Position numbers and translations under genes: made by a program. The notes beneath the pieces were generated by a model that was not told the origin of the DNA, ran no database searches, and worked only from the letters and a program-made list of their open reading frames with translations. This document shows positions 52,241 through 62,644 of a stretch of 64,000 nt of DNA, piece by piece (the stretch's first letter is position 1; each line of letters starts with the position of its first letter). Source of the stretch: Candidatus Latescibacterota bacterium (GTDB taxonomy: Bacteria; Latescibacterota; UBA2968; UBA8231); assembly GCA_965223905.1 (NCBI GenBank), contig CBDCXV010000009.1, positions 868,506 to 932,505 of the forward strand, written 5' to 3'.

Positions 52241-52544
52241 GATCGTGACCTTGAAGAGTGCGTGTCAGTGGGGGGTACACCTGCGATGGTGAATGTCGCT
52301 TACGGATATACGGACTTCATCTTGATCGTGCAACCGCCTTTTCTGGCGCGATGCGGTGGCTGTCCTGACCATAATGGTCGCTGCCCACCGGCCGCTGCCC
52401 CCGCGGGCCGGCGCTCACCACTTGCCGGACCTTTCGTCCGGGAGGTGGTCGGGCAGCCGGTACGACAGGCCGGCGTCGGCGTCGGCCGACGCCACCAGAA
52501 GGGTCGAGAAACTCCGGGGGCCTTCCTTGCGGAACCAGGACTTC

Positions 52545-52820
52545 AACTTCTGAATGCGCTGATCGATCCGGTACGACAGCAGCGGGAAGGGAGCCTCGGA
52601 GTGTTTGACGGTGCGCGGCGAAACAGGCGATGGCGTATCCCAGGTGCGCGGCGCTGATCGGCACCCCCCAGGTCCTCGTGCTCCCATTCCGGGGTCCGTC
52701 CCAGCAGCCGCCGGACCTGGGCGTGCACGAAGCGGATGCGGACCGACAGCTTCCACCCCTCTCCGAACCTTTCCAGCCCGCCGGGAAAGAATATCTCCCT
52801 CTGGTGCCGGTTGTTTTTCG
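52545..52820 (-). pseudogene. MpaB/rubber-oxygenase-like (DUF2236) fragment
   Basis: EIFFPGGLERFGEGWKLSVRIRFVHAQVRRLL...EWEHEDLG / VPISAAHLGYAI. Confidence 0.7.
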
Positions 52821-52944
52821 CCGCGGCGGCATCGATCTCGTCGGGCTCGAAAAATCGAGCAGCGCATCGACGTCCTTAGTCTCTTCGGGCTTTTTTCGAG
52901 GCAGGCGATTTGCCGTCTGCTTTCATAAAGATCCTTCCCAGGGT

Positions 52945-54615
52945 CCTGAATCCGTGAAGCCGAGAGCCTGATTTTTGGTTGCTTTCCGAGGGGAATCCAG
53001 GGTATAGTAAAGGAGGATTTTGACTCACCTTGGAGGTGAAGAATTGAGACCGGTTTCGTTTCAAATTACGCAGGGCGAAGAAGCGCTGACGTCGCATTCG
53101 GGCTTGGCCTTGATCGGGGCCTTGATGGGACGCACGCGCCTGGCAGCGCGGGTGGATGAGATCATCTTGCCGGAACGACCCCATCCCGAGGTTTCTCACG
53201 GTGACGTGATGGCGTCGATGATCGGCTTGCTGGCGCTGGGCAAGCCGGATTTCGAGGCCGTGGAAGGGTTTCGTGCGGACCCCTTTTTCTGCCAGGCGCT
53301 GGGCCTGGAAGCGGTGCCGTCGGCGGCCACCCTGCGGCAGCGGCTCGATGGCTTGTCCGGACCGGTGGAAGCCGCGATTCGAGAGGAGTCGGCCGACATG
53401 GTGGCCCGTCACGCGCCGCCGATCACCCCCTGTTACGAAGTCGCCGACGGGCGCTGCGGTCCCTGGATCGCGCTCGATATCGACGTGTCGGTGTTCGACA
53501 ACTCCCACACCAAAAAACAAGGGGTGTCGTGGACCTACAAGAAGGTCGACGGCTTTGCCCCGATCTTCGCCTACCTGGGCCAGGAAGGGTACCTGATCAA
53601 CTGCCAGCTGCGGCAGGGTAGCCAGCACTCCCAGCAAGGAGCCCCGGACTTTCTTCGAGAGACGCTGCGGCTGGCGCGCCGTATCACCGGCGAAAAGCTG
53701 CTGGTGCGCATGGACAGCGCCCACGACGACATCGCCACCGTACGGCAGCTGCGGCGCACGCCCAAGACCGACTTCATCGTCAAGCGCAACCTGCGCCACG
53801 AATCGAAGCAGACGTGGCTGGAGGAGGCCCAGGCCCTGGGCCAGCGCACCTGTCCGCGGCCCGGCAAGGAACTCTTCACCGGGGCGCTGGTAGCGGAGCG
53901 ACAGGGGATCTTCGAACGGGTCGTTTTCGAGGTCGTGCGGCGCACGATCAGCGCCGAGGGTCAGGCGCTGCTGATCCCCGACCTCGAGGTGCAGACCTGG
54001 TGGACGAACCTGGCAGCGCCGCCCGAGGACGTGATCCGGCTCTACCGCGAGCACGGCACCTGCGAGCAATTCCACTCCGAGCTGAAAACGGACATGGACC
54101 TCGAACGCCTGCCGTCGGGCAAGTTCGCCACCAACGCCCTGGTGTTGCTGCTGGCCATGATGGCCTACAACACCCTGCGCCTGTGCGGCCAGACCAGCCT
54201 GCGCGAGGCGCGCCGCCTGCCCCCCGAAAAGCACGTGACTTTTCGTAAAAAGGCCGGCCGTCGTCGGCTCCGCACGGTCATTCTGGATCTCATGTACCAA
54301 GCCGCTCGCTGGGTCCGGCATGGGCGCCGTTTCGGCCTCAGCTTCGGGTGTTTCAACCCCTGGTTCGATGTCTGGAGACGGACCTACCTGAGAGTGTGTG
54401 CCTGAAGGCGACGACTTCCCCCGCCCTCGACTTCCCGGAGCACTCAAGGCACGCGTATGCGCGCTCTTGCGACTCCTATCGACTTGGAGAGCCATCGGTA
54501 GCGGAATCCGACGTAATGGCCTGTCGTTGACACCCAAATCCTCTGTTGACAAGTACATGACCCGGCTTAAATATCAAATTTGATCACTCGCTATAAAAGC
54601 GATCACGGATTCAGG
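52945..54615 (+). mobile_element. IS1380-family element, complete (transposase 53020-54405)
   Basis: 13-bp perfect IRs CCTGAATCCGTGA/TCACGGATTCAGG; 5-bp target duplication AGGGT; LTSHSGL, LDID, LVRMDSAH, YREHGTCEQFHSELK, LPSGKFATN. Confidence 0.95.
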
Positions 54616-54693
54616 AGGGTGTTCTCAAACGCCCAGGGCGCCCGCGGCCTGCTTCAAGTTGAGGGCCTGTTTCAGGCAGAGCATGGCGCAAGC

Positions 54694-54800
54694 CCTCAGA
54701 GTCCTCCGACCTGGGCATCCTGGTCTTCCACGAGGACGCGAAGGTCGATCCAATAGGTGGTGTAATCGTCCCGGTCGTAGTGCCGCACTAGTCCCCAGGC
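54694..54800 (-). repeat. Copy of 63773-63879 (3' end of a surface-protein ORF)
   Basis: Identical over ~107 bp. Confidence 0.9.
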
Positions 54801-55034
54801 GTGAGGTCTTCCGTGGACAATTCGAACGCGGGCGCCCTGTCGGGACGAGAATAGGTTCGAGCGTCGTTGCGGACCGGCTGATCGGAAAAGAACGGAACGG
54901 CATTCGCGGCGGCGTCGACGAGAATGCCGCCTCCGTTTTCGGCAAACATGTTGTCGTAGGACACGAGCAATTCCTGGTGGCCGGATACGGCGAACGACAA
55001 CTGCAGCCAGAGCTCGGCGGCAAACACCCGCGTC

Positions 55035-56027
55035 TCACCCATGCTTTGACTCCGTTTTGTATAATATCGTTTCAGTCATCCTTTTGAATTCCATGTAACA
55101 TTTGGAAACGCTTTGGGCGTGTGAGCCAATGGCACCATCAGCCGGTTTGAGAAAAAAGACAGGTTTTCTCGCTTCCTGTGCCATGGGCATCAGGCTCTGG
55201 TAATGGCGAACCAGCCCCACCCGATTGGGATCGAGGTCTTCAGATGTAGAACTTCCTGTTTGCGCAAGAACATATTTCAGATACGTAGTCGGTATTCTCT
55301 CGACCCATCTCTGGTACGCTCTAACAGGACGCCATTTTCGCTCTATATGCTGCATGACAATATACCCTGCTGGTGTCATTGCGCCGGAGGGAAGTGGAAT
55401 GTGCAGGTTGTCTGGTTTTTGTCCCCGCCTCTGTTCCCAGCCAGAACGCCACGTTCTCAGGGTAGGACCAAGGTTTTTGAGACCCTGAAGAGAATAGAGG
55501 TCGGGAGCCAGAGGGGAGATTACGTAGTCTGCGGCAATCAAGGACGAGCGGTTGATCGCCCCAAGATTTGGTCCTACGTCAATCAGAACAATATTCGCAC
55601 CAACCTTCTCGGCAGCCGCATAAATAATTCAATAAAACGCAGTGGTAGCACGGTACGCGGCAGGATCATTATCCAGGCAGCGGGGCCAACTGTCCGAGAG
55701 CTTATCCTCAAACTGGGACAGCCCAAGATCACCAGGAATCAGGTGCAGGCCGTCCTGAATGCTCTCCGTATGTGCCGGCGCAATGTCGCCAGTTCCTTCT
55801 AAAATTGGTGAGATACAAGGCAGAATACTCTGGTGTTCTTGTTCCTCCTCCGGCCAGAGTGTTTCCAGTCGCTCTTCATCCAGAAACATGCTCGAAAGAT
55901 TAGCCTGGGGGTCCAAGTCGGCTGCCAGTACCTTTTTCCCCAGTTCCTTCATCATCCAGGCAATATGGTAGACCAATGTCGTTTTCCCCACACTGCCCTT
56001 ATTATTGAAAAAGACGATTGTTTTCAT
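55035..56027 (-). pseudogene. ParA/Soj-family ATPase with in-frame premature TGA at 55629-55631
   Basis: FNNKGSVGKTT, ADLDPQANL; frame continues AFY*IIY...LIDVGPNLGAINRSSLIAADY. Confidence 0.9.
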
Positions 56028-56061
56028 GGGTTGGCCTCCAACACTTTTACAAGGAAAAAGG

Positions 56062-57482
56062 GGGTCTATCCGGGTTTTTCAACGCCGAAACATGAGTACA
56101 TGACAAGGCCATAGGTCGTTCCCTATGCTTGGTGTATCCCCATCAAGCACTCCCCAAGAAAAGGGAAGAGGGACGCGACCTATGACCGCTATGAAGTTCG
56201 TCTCCAAGCTGTTCAAGTTCAAGGGGTTTCGCGCGGTGGACGTGTGGTTCGAAGGACGCGGGCAGGAAGCGGCCGTCGTGGTCGCGGTGAAGCCCTGCAA
56301 GAATGGGTGCCGCTGTCCCAAGTGCGGGCGCCGGGGCAAGATCGTTCAAGTCAAGAAGCCCCGCCGCTGGCGCGATGTCCGCGTCTGCGGCCGTACCGTC
56401 TGGCTGCAGCACGCCCCTCGAGAGATCCGCTGTCCGACCCACGGCCGGCGCCTCGAGGAGGTTCCCTGGGCGGCCCCCTCGGCCCGGGTCAGCTACCGCT
56501 TCGAATACCTGCTGCTGAAGTACTGCCAGTGGATGCCGCAGGTCGTCGCCGCGCGCCTGCTGGGTCTGGCCCCGTCGACCCTGTCCGACCTGTTGCACGG
56601 AGCACCTGCGGTGCTCACTCATCGCGTGCCGGCGCACAGGGCACCGCATCCGCGGGCTCAAGACCCTCGGCATCGACGAGATCTCCTACGCCAAGGGACA
56701 CAAGTACGCCACCCTGGTCTACGACCTGGAGCGCTCCTGCGTGGTGTGGGTCGGCAAGGGCAAGGCTCCAGAGACCATCGACGCGTTCTTCCGGGACCGG
56801 CTCAGCGACTCCCAGAAGGCCGGCATCCGCTGGGCCTGCTGCGATATGAGCGAGACCTTCATCGGCGCCATCCGCCAGCACGGTCCCAACGCCCAACTGG
56901 TCCTGGACCGATTCCACGTCGTCAAGGCCCTCAACGAAGCCGTCGACGAGGTGCGTAAACAGCAGTGGCGGCAAGCCTGCGGCGAGGACCGCACGCTGCT
57001 CAAGGGCCTGCGCTGGGTGCTGCTGCACCATTCCGCCCATCGCTCGCGCACCGACCGGCGCACGCTCAAAGCCCTGGAGAAGGCCAACCGGCGCATCTAC
57101 CGTGCCTGGCGGCTGAAGGACGAGTTCGAGCACTTCTGGCGTTACAAGGCCGCCGAGCGCTTCCTCAAGAAGTGGACCACGGCGGCCCTGCGCAGCCGCC
57201 TGGAGCCCTTGCGCTCGTTCGTCGGCACCGTGCGCACGCATGCCGCCGGCATCACGGCCTTCGTCGACACGCACCTGACCCACGCCGCCGCCGAAGGGCT
57301 CAACCGCATCATCCGCAGGGTCAAGAACCGCGCCAGTGGATTCAAGACCCTCGAGGCCTTTGCCGACCTGATCTATCTGTGCGTCGGAGACCTCGATATC
57401 CCTGCGCAGATTCCGGCCCACTCTCGTACAGTATGAATCCCTCAATATCTCTCTTTGGAAACGCTATAAATTGCCCTTTGAA
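56062..57482 (+). mobile_element. ISL3-family element (frameshifted transposase ~56182-57436), right IR damaged
   Basis: CPKCG, RRWRD, CPTHG, LGIDEISYAKGHKY, CCDMS, LDRFHVVK, AAEGLNRIIR; left IR GGGTCTATCCGGGTTTTTCAA. Confidence 0.92.
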
Positions 57483-57599
57483 CCCGGTCTCTCGGGACAG
57501 GACGCGGCTTCCCGTCAGGGCGCTCAACCGGAGAAGACGGTACAGTTGGGAACTCAACCCGGATTCCGCCGGCCAGAAATAACTCCGGCATCGGGACGA

Positions 57600-57790
57600 G
57601 GCAACCTGCGAACAAGAGATCGAGAGCCTCATTCGGCGTGACATCGAGCCGCACGGACCCGCGCTTCGGCGAGGTGCCGGTGCCTGGCGAAACTGGAGTT
57701 TCGCAGCGGCGTAAGGAGGGCATAGCCATTGACGACGGCACTTGGCAGCGGATTGGGGATGCGGCCTGCCGGGTCGGCCTCAATCCCGAG
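57600..57790 (+). pseudogene. Possible Ldh_2 (malate/lactate dehydrogenase type 2) C-terminal fragment
   Basis: EVPVPGETG..QRRKEGIAIDDGTWQRIGDAA. Confidence 0.5.
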
Positions 57791-57874
57791 CAGTGGGAAG
57801 CGGACCTCCTCTCCTGACAGCGGCAGGTGCGGGACAGAAAAAAGGGCCTTTATACTTCCTATACTTCACCGCGT

Positions 57875-58302
57875 TACAGGACGAGTTTCTTGAGATCGGC
57901 GAGAAGCTTGGCCCCTTCGACCTGACCCTCATCGATTCGGGTGCGTACAACGCCCTATGGGCGGACGTTCACCTCGGTCCGGAGCAAGCCGTACGCGCCC
58001 ACCAACTGGTGCGAGGCCGCGTCATGCTTCCCGTGCATTGGGGGCTCTTCAACCTCGGTTTGCATGGCTGGACCGAACCCATCGAGCGCATCCTCGCCGC
58101 CGCGAGGGCGGCAGGGGTGAAGGTGGTCATGCCGCCTCCGGGGGGGACCGTCGAGCCCGCGACCGCAGGGGACGTAACGCCATGGTGGCCAACGCTACCC
58201 TGGGAGACCGGTGCCGCCGCACCGATAGAATCGTCAGCGGTCGACCACCTGATGGCCGACGAGATCCTCGCGAAGCTCAAGCCGATCGGCACGGGCCCAT
58301 AG
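57875..58302 (+). pseudogene. MBL-fold hydrolase (RomA/NAPE-PLD-like) C-terminal fragment
   Basis: EIGEKLGPFDLTLIDSGAYN..WADVHLGPEQAV, PVHWGLFNLGLHGWTEP; HxHxDH region absent. Confidence 0.85.
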
Positions 58303-58486
58303 AGGATACGACCGCCGGGGGCCTGAGCGCAGGCCGTGCTGGACCGGATCGCCCCGGCCGCATCGCCTGACCTTCGCTCCATTAATCCAAACAAATAAAG
58401 GGACTGTAACGCCGAGTTGCATGCCTCCGGGGGACTCCCACGGGGTATTCAGCCCGTCTTTTTTTAGCTGAGACTTGCGTCATAAT

Positions 58487-58523
58487 TTAGTTTAGACTAA
58501 TTTTTGGCTCTAGCCTGGGCTAA
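58487..58523. promoter_or_regulatory. Two tandem DtxR/MntR-like dyad boxes
   Basis: TTAGTTTAGACTAA (58487-58500) and CTAGCCTGGGCTAA (58510-58523), TTAG-N6-CTAA pattern, just upstream of 58545. Confidence 0.6.
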
Positions 58524-58544
58524 TTCACCTCCTGGGAGTCCATA

Positions 58545-59753
58545 TTGAACTATTGGCGCATCTTGTTCGGTTGGAGTCTGATCGCCCTGCTGGGCGCGAT
58601 GGGTTGCGACCGAATCGTAACGGAACGGCCGGCGGCGGGCGATGATTTCGAGTCGCCGCTGGACGGCATGTCCCACGACCTGAACGCGGTGTTTGCCCTG
58701 GGCGACGAGAATTTCGAGCGTGCCTTCACGGTGGGAGAAGGGCTCGGGCCCCTCTTCAACAACGTCGGGTGCGAGGGTTGCCATCCGGCCGATGGGCGAG
58801 GGACGCCCGAGCTGGGTTTTCTCCGCTTCAGCCGGCAGGGCGATCCGGCCCTGGACCTGGGGGGGCCGCAACACCAGGACAAGGCCATTCCCGGCGTTCC
58901 CCTCGAAGCGATGCCTGCCGGAGTAGAGCGGACCTTCCGGATGCCACCACCGGTATTCGGGGTGGGGATGATCGAGGCCATCCCGGCCGAGACCATCCTG
59001 TCCCGCGCCGATCCGGACGACCGCGATGGCGACGGCATATCCGGCCGACCCAATATGGTGTGGGCCCCGAGTTTCGTGCCCGAATCTCACGTGGGCGGCG
59101 ATCCCGGGCCCCAAGTGGGGCGTTTTTCGCGCAAATCCCAGGTCTCCTCCCTCCTCCAGCAAGTGGCCGAGGCCTACCAGCAGGATATCGGCATCACCAG
59201 CGATTTCATTCCCGTGGAAAACCCCCATCCCCAGGCGGGAGGGGTGGCCATCGGCGACCAGGTAGCCGATCCGGAAATCTCGGCGGCCACCGTGTTGCAG
59301 ACGGTCATGTACGTGCGTCAGCTCATGCCACCCGCTCGCGGCAAAATCACGCCCCAGATCGAGCGCGGAGAGGCTCTCTTTGCCGAAATCGGCTGCGCCT
59401 CCTGCCATGTCCCCACCATGAGAACCGGCCTCCACTTCATTCCGCAGTTGAGCGCGGTCGATGTCCACCTCTATTCCGATCTGCTGCTGCACGACATGGG
59501 TCCCGAACTGGCAGACTATCGCCCGGATGGAGACGCCACCGGCAGCGAATGGCGCACGACGCCGTTGTGGGGCTTGCGCCTGGTGGAGGACTTCCTCAAC
59601 GGCCAGGCCTTCTACCTGCACGACGGCCGCACCTCGGATCTGGACGAGGCCATTCTCTTCCACGGCGGCGAAGCTGCCGCCGCCCGCGACCGGTTCGCCA
59701 GCCTGCGTGTGGAGGATCGAGTCGCCCTGCTGGCTTTTCTCAAGTCCCTGTAG
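58545..59753 (+). CDS. Di-heme oxidoreductase (DHOR-family) lipoprotein
   Basis: Lipobox-like GAMGC; GLGPLFNNVGCEGCH and IGCASCH; DPDDRDGDGISGR, YSDLLLHDMG, EWRTTPLWG, YLHDGR. Confidence 0.92.
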   Translation: MNYWRILFGWSLIALLGAMGCDRIVTERPAAGDDFESPLDGMSHDLNAVFALGDENFERAFTVGEGLGPLFNNVGCEGCHPADGRGTPELGFLRFSRQGDPALDLGGPQHQDKAIPGVPLEAMPAGVERTFRMPPPVFGVGMIEAIPAETILSRADPDDRDGDGISGRPNMVWAPSFVPESHVGGDPGPQVGRFSRKSQVSSLLQQVAEAYQQDIGITSDFIPVENPHPQAGGVAIGDQVADPEISAATVLQTVMYVRQLMPPARGKITPQIERGEALFAEIGCASCHVPTMRTGLHFIPQLSAVDVHLYSDLLLHDMGPELADYRPDGDATGSEWRTTPLWGLRLVEDFLNGQAFYLHDGRTSDLDEAILFHGGEAAAARDRFASLRVEDRVALLAFLKSL

Positions 59754-59755
59754 CC

Positions 59756-60199
59756 ATGCGGGAGAGGGCCCGAGAGGACCTGCCGCGACGGCGATTTCTG
59801 GTCCAGCTGGCCACCGGAACGGGACTGGTTGCGGGTGGGCTGTCGGCTTGTGCCGCGGCGACCACCATTCGGGCGCGGCTCATCGAGGACCGTATCGTAT
59901 TGCCGCACAACGAACTGGAGGAAAAGCTGCGGGGAGACCCTGTCGTGTTGGTGACGGCGGAGGGCCTGCCCGAGGCCATCCTCCTGATCCGCATGGAGGG
60001 AGGTTCCTACCGGGCGCTGGGGGCTCGCTGCACCCATCTGGGCTGCCAGGTGCGGCCAGGAAAGCACGCCCTGAAATGTCCCTGTCACGGATCGGTGTTT
60101 GACCTGGAGGGCAAGGCGATTCGAGGGCCGGCCAAAAGGCCGCTGTCCCGATACGCCGTGGAAGTGAAAGAGACCACGCTTGAAATAGAGGCGCCGTGA
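59756..60199 (+). CDS. Tat-exported Rieske [2Fe-2S] protein
   Basis: PRRRFL twin-arginine leader with possible lipobox LSAC; CTHLGC and CPCHGS. Confidence 0.92.
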   Translation: MRERAREDLPRRRFLVQLATGTGLVAGGLSACAAATTIRARLIEDRIVLPHNELEEKLRGDPVVLVTAEGLPEAILLIRMEGGSYRALGARCTHLGCQVRPGKHALKCPCHGSVFDLEGKAIRGPAKRPLSRYAVEVKETTLEIEAP

Positions 60200-61389
60200 A
60201 AGGAGGACGTATGGCAGGCCGGGTAGCGCAGGGTGTCATGCGCTGGTTTCTGATCCTGGGTATGGTGGGCGGGCTCGCCGCAGGGGTCGAAGCGCAGGGG
60301 GAGTCCGATTCCCGCCCCTTGGTCAAAGGAGGAGTTGACGACAAACCCTTCATCGCCCGGGCGGGTGGCACGCGCATCGGCGGCTATGCCGAGGCGCACT
60401 TCCGCTTTGAGCGGGAGGATGGAATCACTGAGGAGCTGACCTTTGATCCCAAGCGGTTCAACCTCTTCACCTATACCCCCGTCTCCGACCGCGTGCGCGT
60501 GGCCTCGGAATTGGAGTTTGAGGAAGGGGGCGAGGAAATCAAGATGGAGATTGCCATCATCGACTTCGAGATCCATCCCGCCCTCACCTTTCGAGGAGGG
60601 ATCATCCTCTCACCCCTGGGGCGTTTCAATCTCTCTCACGACAGTCCGGCCAACGATCTGACCGACCGCCCCCTGGTCAGCACCCAGCTCATTCCGACCG
60701 CTTTGTCCGAAGCGGGTATGGGCTTCTATGGCGCCTTCTACCCCACGGCCACCTCGCGCATCACCTACGAGATCTACAGCGTCAATGGGTTTTCCGATGG
60801 GGTCATCCTGGGCGACCCCGCCGGCACCCGGATGGCGGCGGGCAAGGGCCATTTCGAGGACAACAACAAGCACCCCTCCTGGGTGGGGCGCATGGCGATC
60901 AGTCCCCATCCCGCCTGCGAGTTGGGAGGATCGTTCCATACCGGTCCCTACAATACCTGGGACGCTGAAGGCCTGGCCATAGACGAAAAGCGCAGTCTGA
61001 CGATCCTGGCCCTGGACTGGGACCTGTCCTGGAAGGCCTTGGAGGTGGTCGGGGAGTACGCCAAGGCCTCCATTGAGGTGCCCCCGGAGAGTGGAATCTT
61101 CCAGGCAAGCCAGCAGGGCTTCTACACCCAGATCAATGCCCACTTTGGGAAAAACTGGATCACGGTGTTGCCCCAATCGGTGTTTACCGGGGTGATGCGC
61201 GTGGGCGCCGTGGACTTCGATGCCGACGCCACGGGCGACAGCCGTCGCCGCCTGACGCTGGGCCTCAACTTCAGGCCCGAGGAAGACACGGTCTTCAAAC
61301 TCGACTACCAACGAAACTGGGAACGGGATCCCTTCAACAACGAGGTCCAGGGGGCTGCCTTCCTCTTTAGCGTTGCGACCTACTTCTAG
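60196..61389 (+). CDS. Outer-membrane porin-like beta-barrel
   Basis: GTGA overlap (alternative ATG 60211 after AAGGAGG); signal peptide; IGGYAE, SELEFEEG, GLNFRP...VFKLDY; ends ATYF. Confidence 0.85.
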   Translation: MKGGRMAGRVAQGVMRWFLILGMVGGLAAGVEAQGESDSRPLVKGGVDDKPFIARAGGTRIGGYAEAHFRFEREDGITEELTFDPKRFNLFTYTPVSDRVRVASELEFEEGGEEIKMEIAIIDFEIHPALTFRGGIILSPLGRFNLSHDSPANDLTDRPLVSTQLIPTALSEAGMGFYGAFYPTATSRITYEIYSVNGFSDGVILGDPAGTRMAAGKGHFEDNNKHPSWVGRMAISPHPACELGGSFHTGPYNTWDAEGLAIDEKRSLTILALDWDLSWKALEVVGEYAKASIEVPPESGIFQASQQGFYTQINAHFGKNWITVLPQSVFTGVMRVGAVDFDADATGDSRRRLTLGLNFRPEEDTVFKLDYQRNWERDPFNNEVQGAAFLFSVATYF

Positions 61390-61439
61390 CCAAGAAGCGC
61401 TAGAGTCTTGGGAGAAAGTCGAAGAAGAAAGAAACAAAG

Positions 61440-61679
61440 ATGAAGAAGATTCCGAGAGAGTGGGTTGAGCGCGCCGCTCGCGTTTACCGCAGCAACGCCG
61501 AGGCCAGCAAGGCCCTGGGGATTGTGATGGGCAGCTTTTCTCGCCTGTGTCGAAAATATGGCTTCGAGACTCCCTACGCTCGCCAACGAAGGGTTTGCCG
61601 TGAGGCGAAATCTCGGCGAAAGCCGGAAGGGAAGGCCGGTCTCCGGGACGCGCCAGGGAGGGGTTGCCTCGGGCAGTGA
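61440..61679 (+). CDS. Small Fis-like HTH protein
   Basis: SNAEASKALGIVMGSFSRLCRKYG resembles an HTH_8 motif. Confidence 0.6.
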   Translation: MKKIPREWVERAARVYRSNAEASKALGIVMGSFSRLCRKYGFETPYARQRRVCREAKSRRKPEGKAGLRDAPGRGCLGQ

Positions 61680-61766
61680 TTTCGTATCGACGAGGTCACC
61701 CTGGCCCTGGCCAAGCTCTTAGGCCCAAGCTCTTAGGCCTAAAGGCTCAGAGACGGCCTGAAACCG

Positions 61767-62151
61767 CTAACCGAAGAACTCCTCCTCGTTGTAAGCCCGC
61801 ATCTCGATCTCGAAGGACCAGCCCCCCGGCTCCTGTTCGGTCAGCGTCCAATACGAGGCCGCCACGTGATCGACGTCGAGCATCGGGGTGTCGGCGGCGT
61901 CAGGGCTCTGCTTGCGCACCTCTTCGGTCGCCAGCCAACCGTCGATGATGATGTGGGCGACGTGGATGCCCTGGGGCCAGAATTTCCTGGCCAGCGATTC
62001 CGCCAAGCCCCGCACGGCGAACTTGGCGCTACTGAAGGCCAGACCGTCGGCCCGGCCGCGAGATACTCGACGTGGCCCCGGTAAACAGTATAGACCCGCC
62101 CCCGCGCTCGACCATGTCGCCGACCACGGCCTGGCTACACAGAAACGACCC
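61767..62151 (-). pseudogene. SDR oxidoreductase C-terminal fragment
   Basis: SILFTGATSS, FSSAKFAVRGLAESLAR..PQGIHVAHIIIDG, WSFEIEMR; cut by the ISL3 piece. Confidence 0.85.
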
Positions 62152-62644
62152 GCCTGCGCTGGGTGCTGCTGCACCATTCCGCCCATCGCTCGCGCACCGA
62201 CCGGCGCACGCTCAAAGCCCTGGAGAAGGCCAACCGGCGCATCTACCGTGCCTGGCGGCTGAAGGACGAGTTCGAGCACTTCTGGCGTTACAAGGCCGCC
62301 GAGCGCTTCCTCAAGAAGTGGACCACGGCGGCCCTGCGCAGCCGCCTGGAGCCCTTGCGCTCGTTCGTCGGCACCGTGCGCACGCATGCCGCCGGCATCA
62401 CGGCCTTCGTCGACACGCACCTGACCCACGCCGCCGCCGAAGGGCTCAACCGCATCATCCGCAGGGTCAAGAACCGCGCCAGTGGATTCAAGACCCTCGA
62501 GGCCTTTGCCGACCTGATCTATCTGTGCGTCGGAGACCTCGATATCCCTGCGCAGATTCCGGCCCACTCTCGTACAGTATGAATCCCTCAATATCTCTCT
62601 TTGGAAACGCTATAAATTGCCCTTTGAAAAACCCGGATATAGCC
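62152..62644 (+). mobile_element. ISL3 3' partial copy with intact right IR
   Basis: 62152-62628 matches 57006-57482; TTGAAAAACCCGGATATAGCC complements the left IR at 56062. Confidence 0.92.

Noticed and set aside
55629-55631. In-frame TGA in ParA (and in the YaaC relic) as stop-codon recoding
   Set aside because: TGA ends many genuine genes here (e.g. 1783, 46880); simple nonsense mutations are more likely
58769-60199. 476-aa ORF ending in a Rieske domain
   Set aside because: Only the part from ATG 59756 is credible; the rest overlaps the DHOR gene out of frame
61767-62591. 274-aa minus-strand ORF
   Set aside because: Chimera of ISL3 antisense sequence and an SDR fragment
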